From positions 4,154,001 through 4,218,000 of the forward strand of contig CATNEN010000011.1 of assembly GCA_950097015.1 (NCBI GenBank): a stretch of 64,000 nucleotides of DNA. The letters are read 5' to 3'. Made by a program: the position numbers and the translations under genes. The DNA comes from Macrostomum hystrix (lineage: Eukaryota > Animalia > Platyhelminthes). This document shows positions 63,797-64,000 of this stretch, piece after piece. Below the pieces are notes generated by a model, which searched no databases, was not told the DNA's origin, and saw only the letters and a list, made by a program, of their open reading frames with translations. Position 1 is the first letter of the stretch. Every line of letters starts with the position of its first letter.

Positions 63797-63917
63797 GTGA
63801 GTTTAGCAAACGATGAAAAGATACGTCTCGGTAATTAAAAAATGGTCATAATGAACATCTTATAACAATAAGAACACTGCTTAGATGCGTCTGTTCAAAG
63901 CTGTCAAAGGCACACCA

Positions 63918-64000
63918 AAAGGCTGCAATGTACTGCTGTTCAGTCCATGGACTAAACGCCGCCACACCAACCAAAGACCGCCAGTGGTACATTAGTAGTA
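63918..64000 (-). mobile_element. SINE family B fragment at the window edge
   Basis: AAGGCTGC...GTTCAGTCCATGGACT matches the family B body. Confidence 0.6.

Overview
Eukaryotic (animal) genomic DNA with spliceosomal GT-AG introns, poly-Q/A/S-rich exons, about 12 kb (~19%) of minisatellite or microsatellite arrays and two tRNA-headed SINE families. The style suggests a free-living flatworm such as Macrostomum (inference only). I rebuilt eight protein-coding genes by checking splice phases by hand: (1) a 5'-truncated, intron-containing Pol-beta-superfamily nucleotidyltransferase of the mostly bacterial/phage RlaP/PF10127 type, apparently with a degenerate plus an intact domain; (2) a ~1980-aa MYND-finger AJM1-like protein; (3) a UNC93-like MFS transporter; (4) a calmodulin/myosin-light-chain-like EF-hand gene; (5) an H-type ferritin; (6) a FEV/Pet-1-like ETS factor; (7) an ATP11-like P4-ATPase with a 3-kb unbroken exon and candidate alternative C-termini; (8) a second, 3'-truncated EF-hand gene. 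No CRISPR array, rRNA, intact tRNA or autonomous transposon was found. Best leads: the tandem RlaP-like NTase, a structured SINE 3' domain carrying an HDV-ribozyme-like core, an inverted SINE pair around an in-frame exon block, ATP11 alternative tails, an intron made almost entirely of a perfect 14-mer hairpin array, and a TTAA-flanked MITE.
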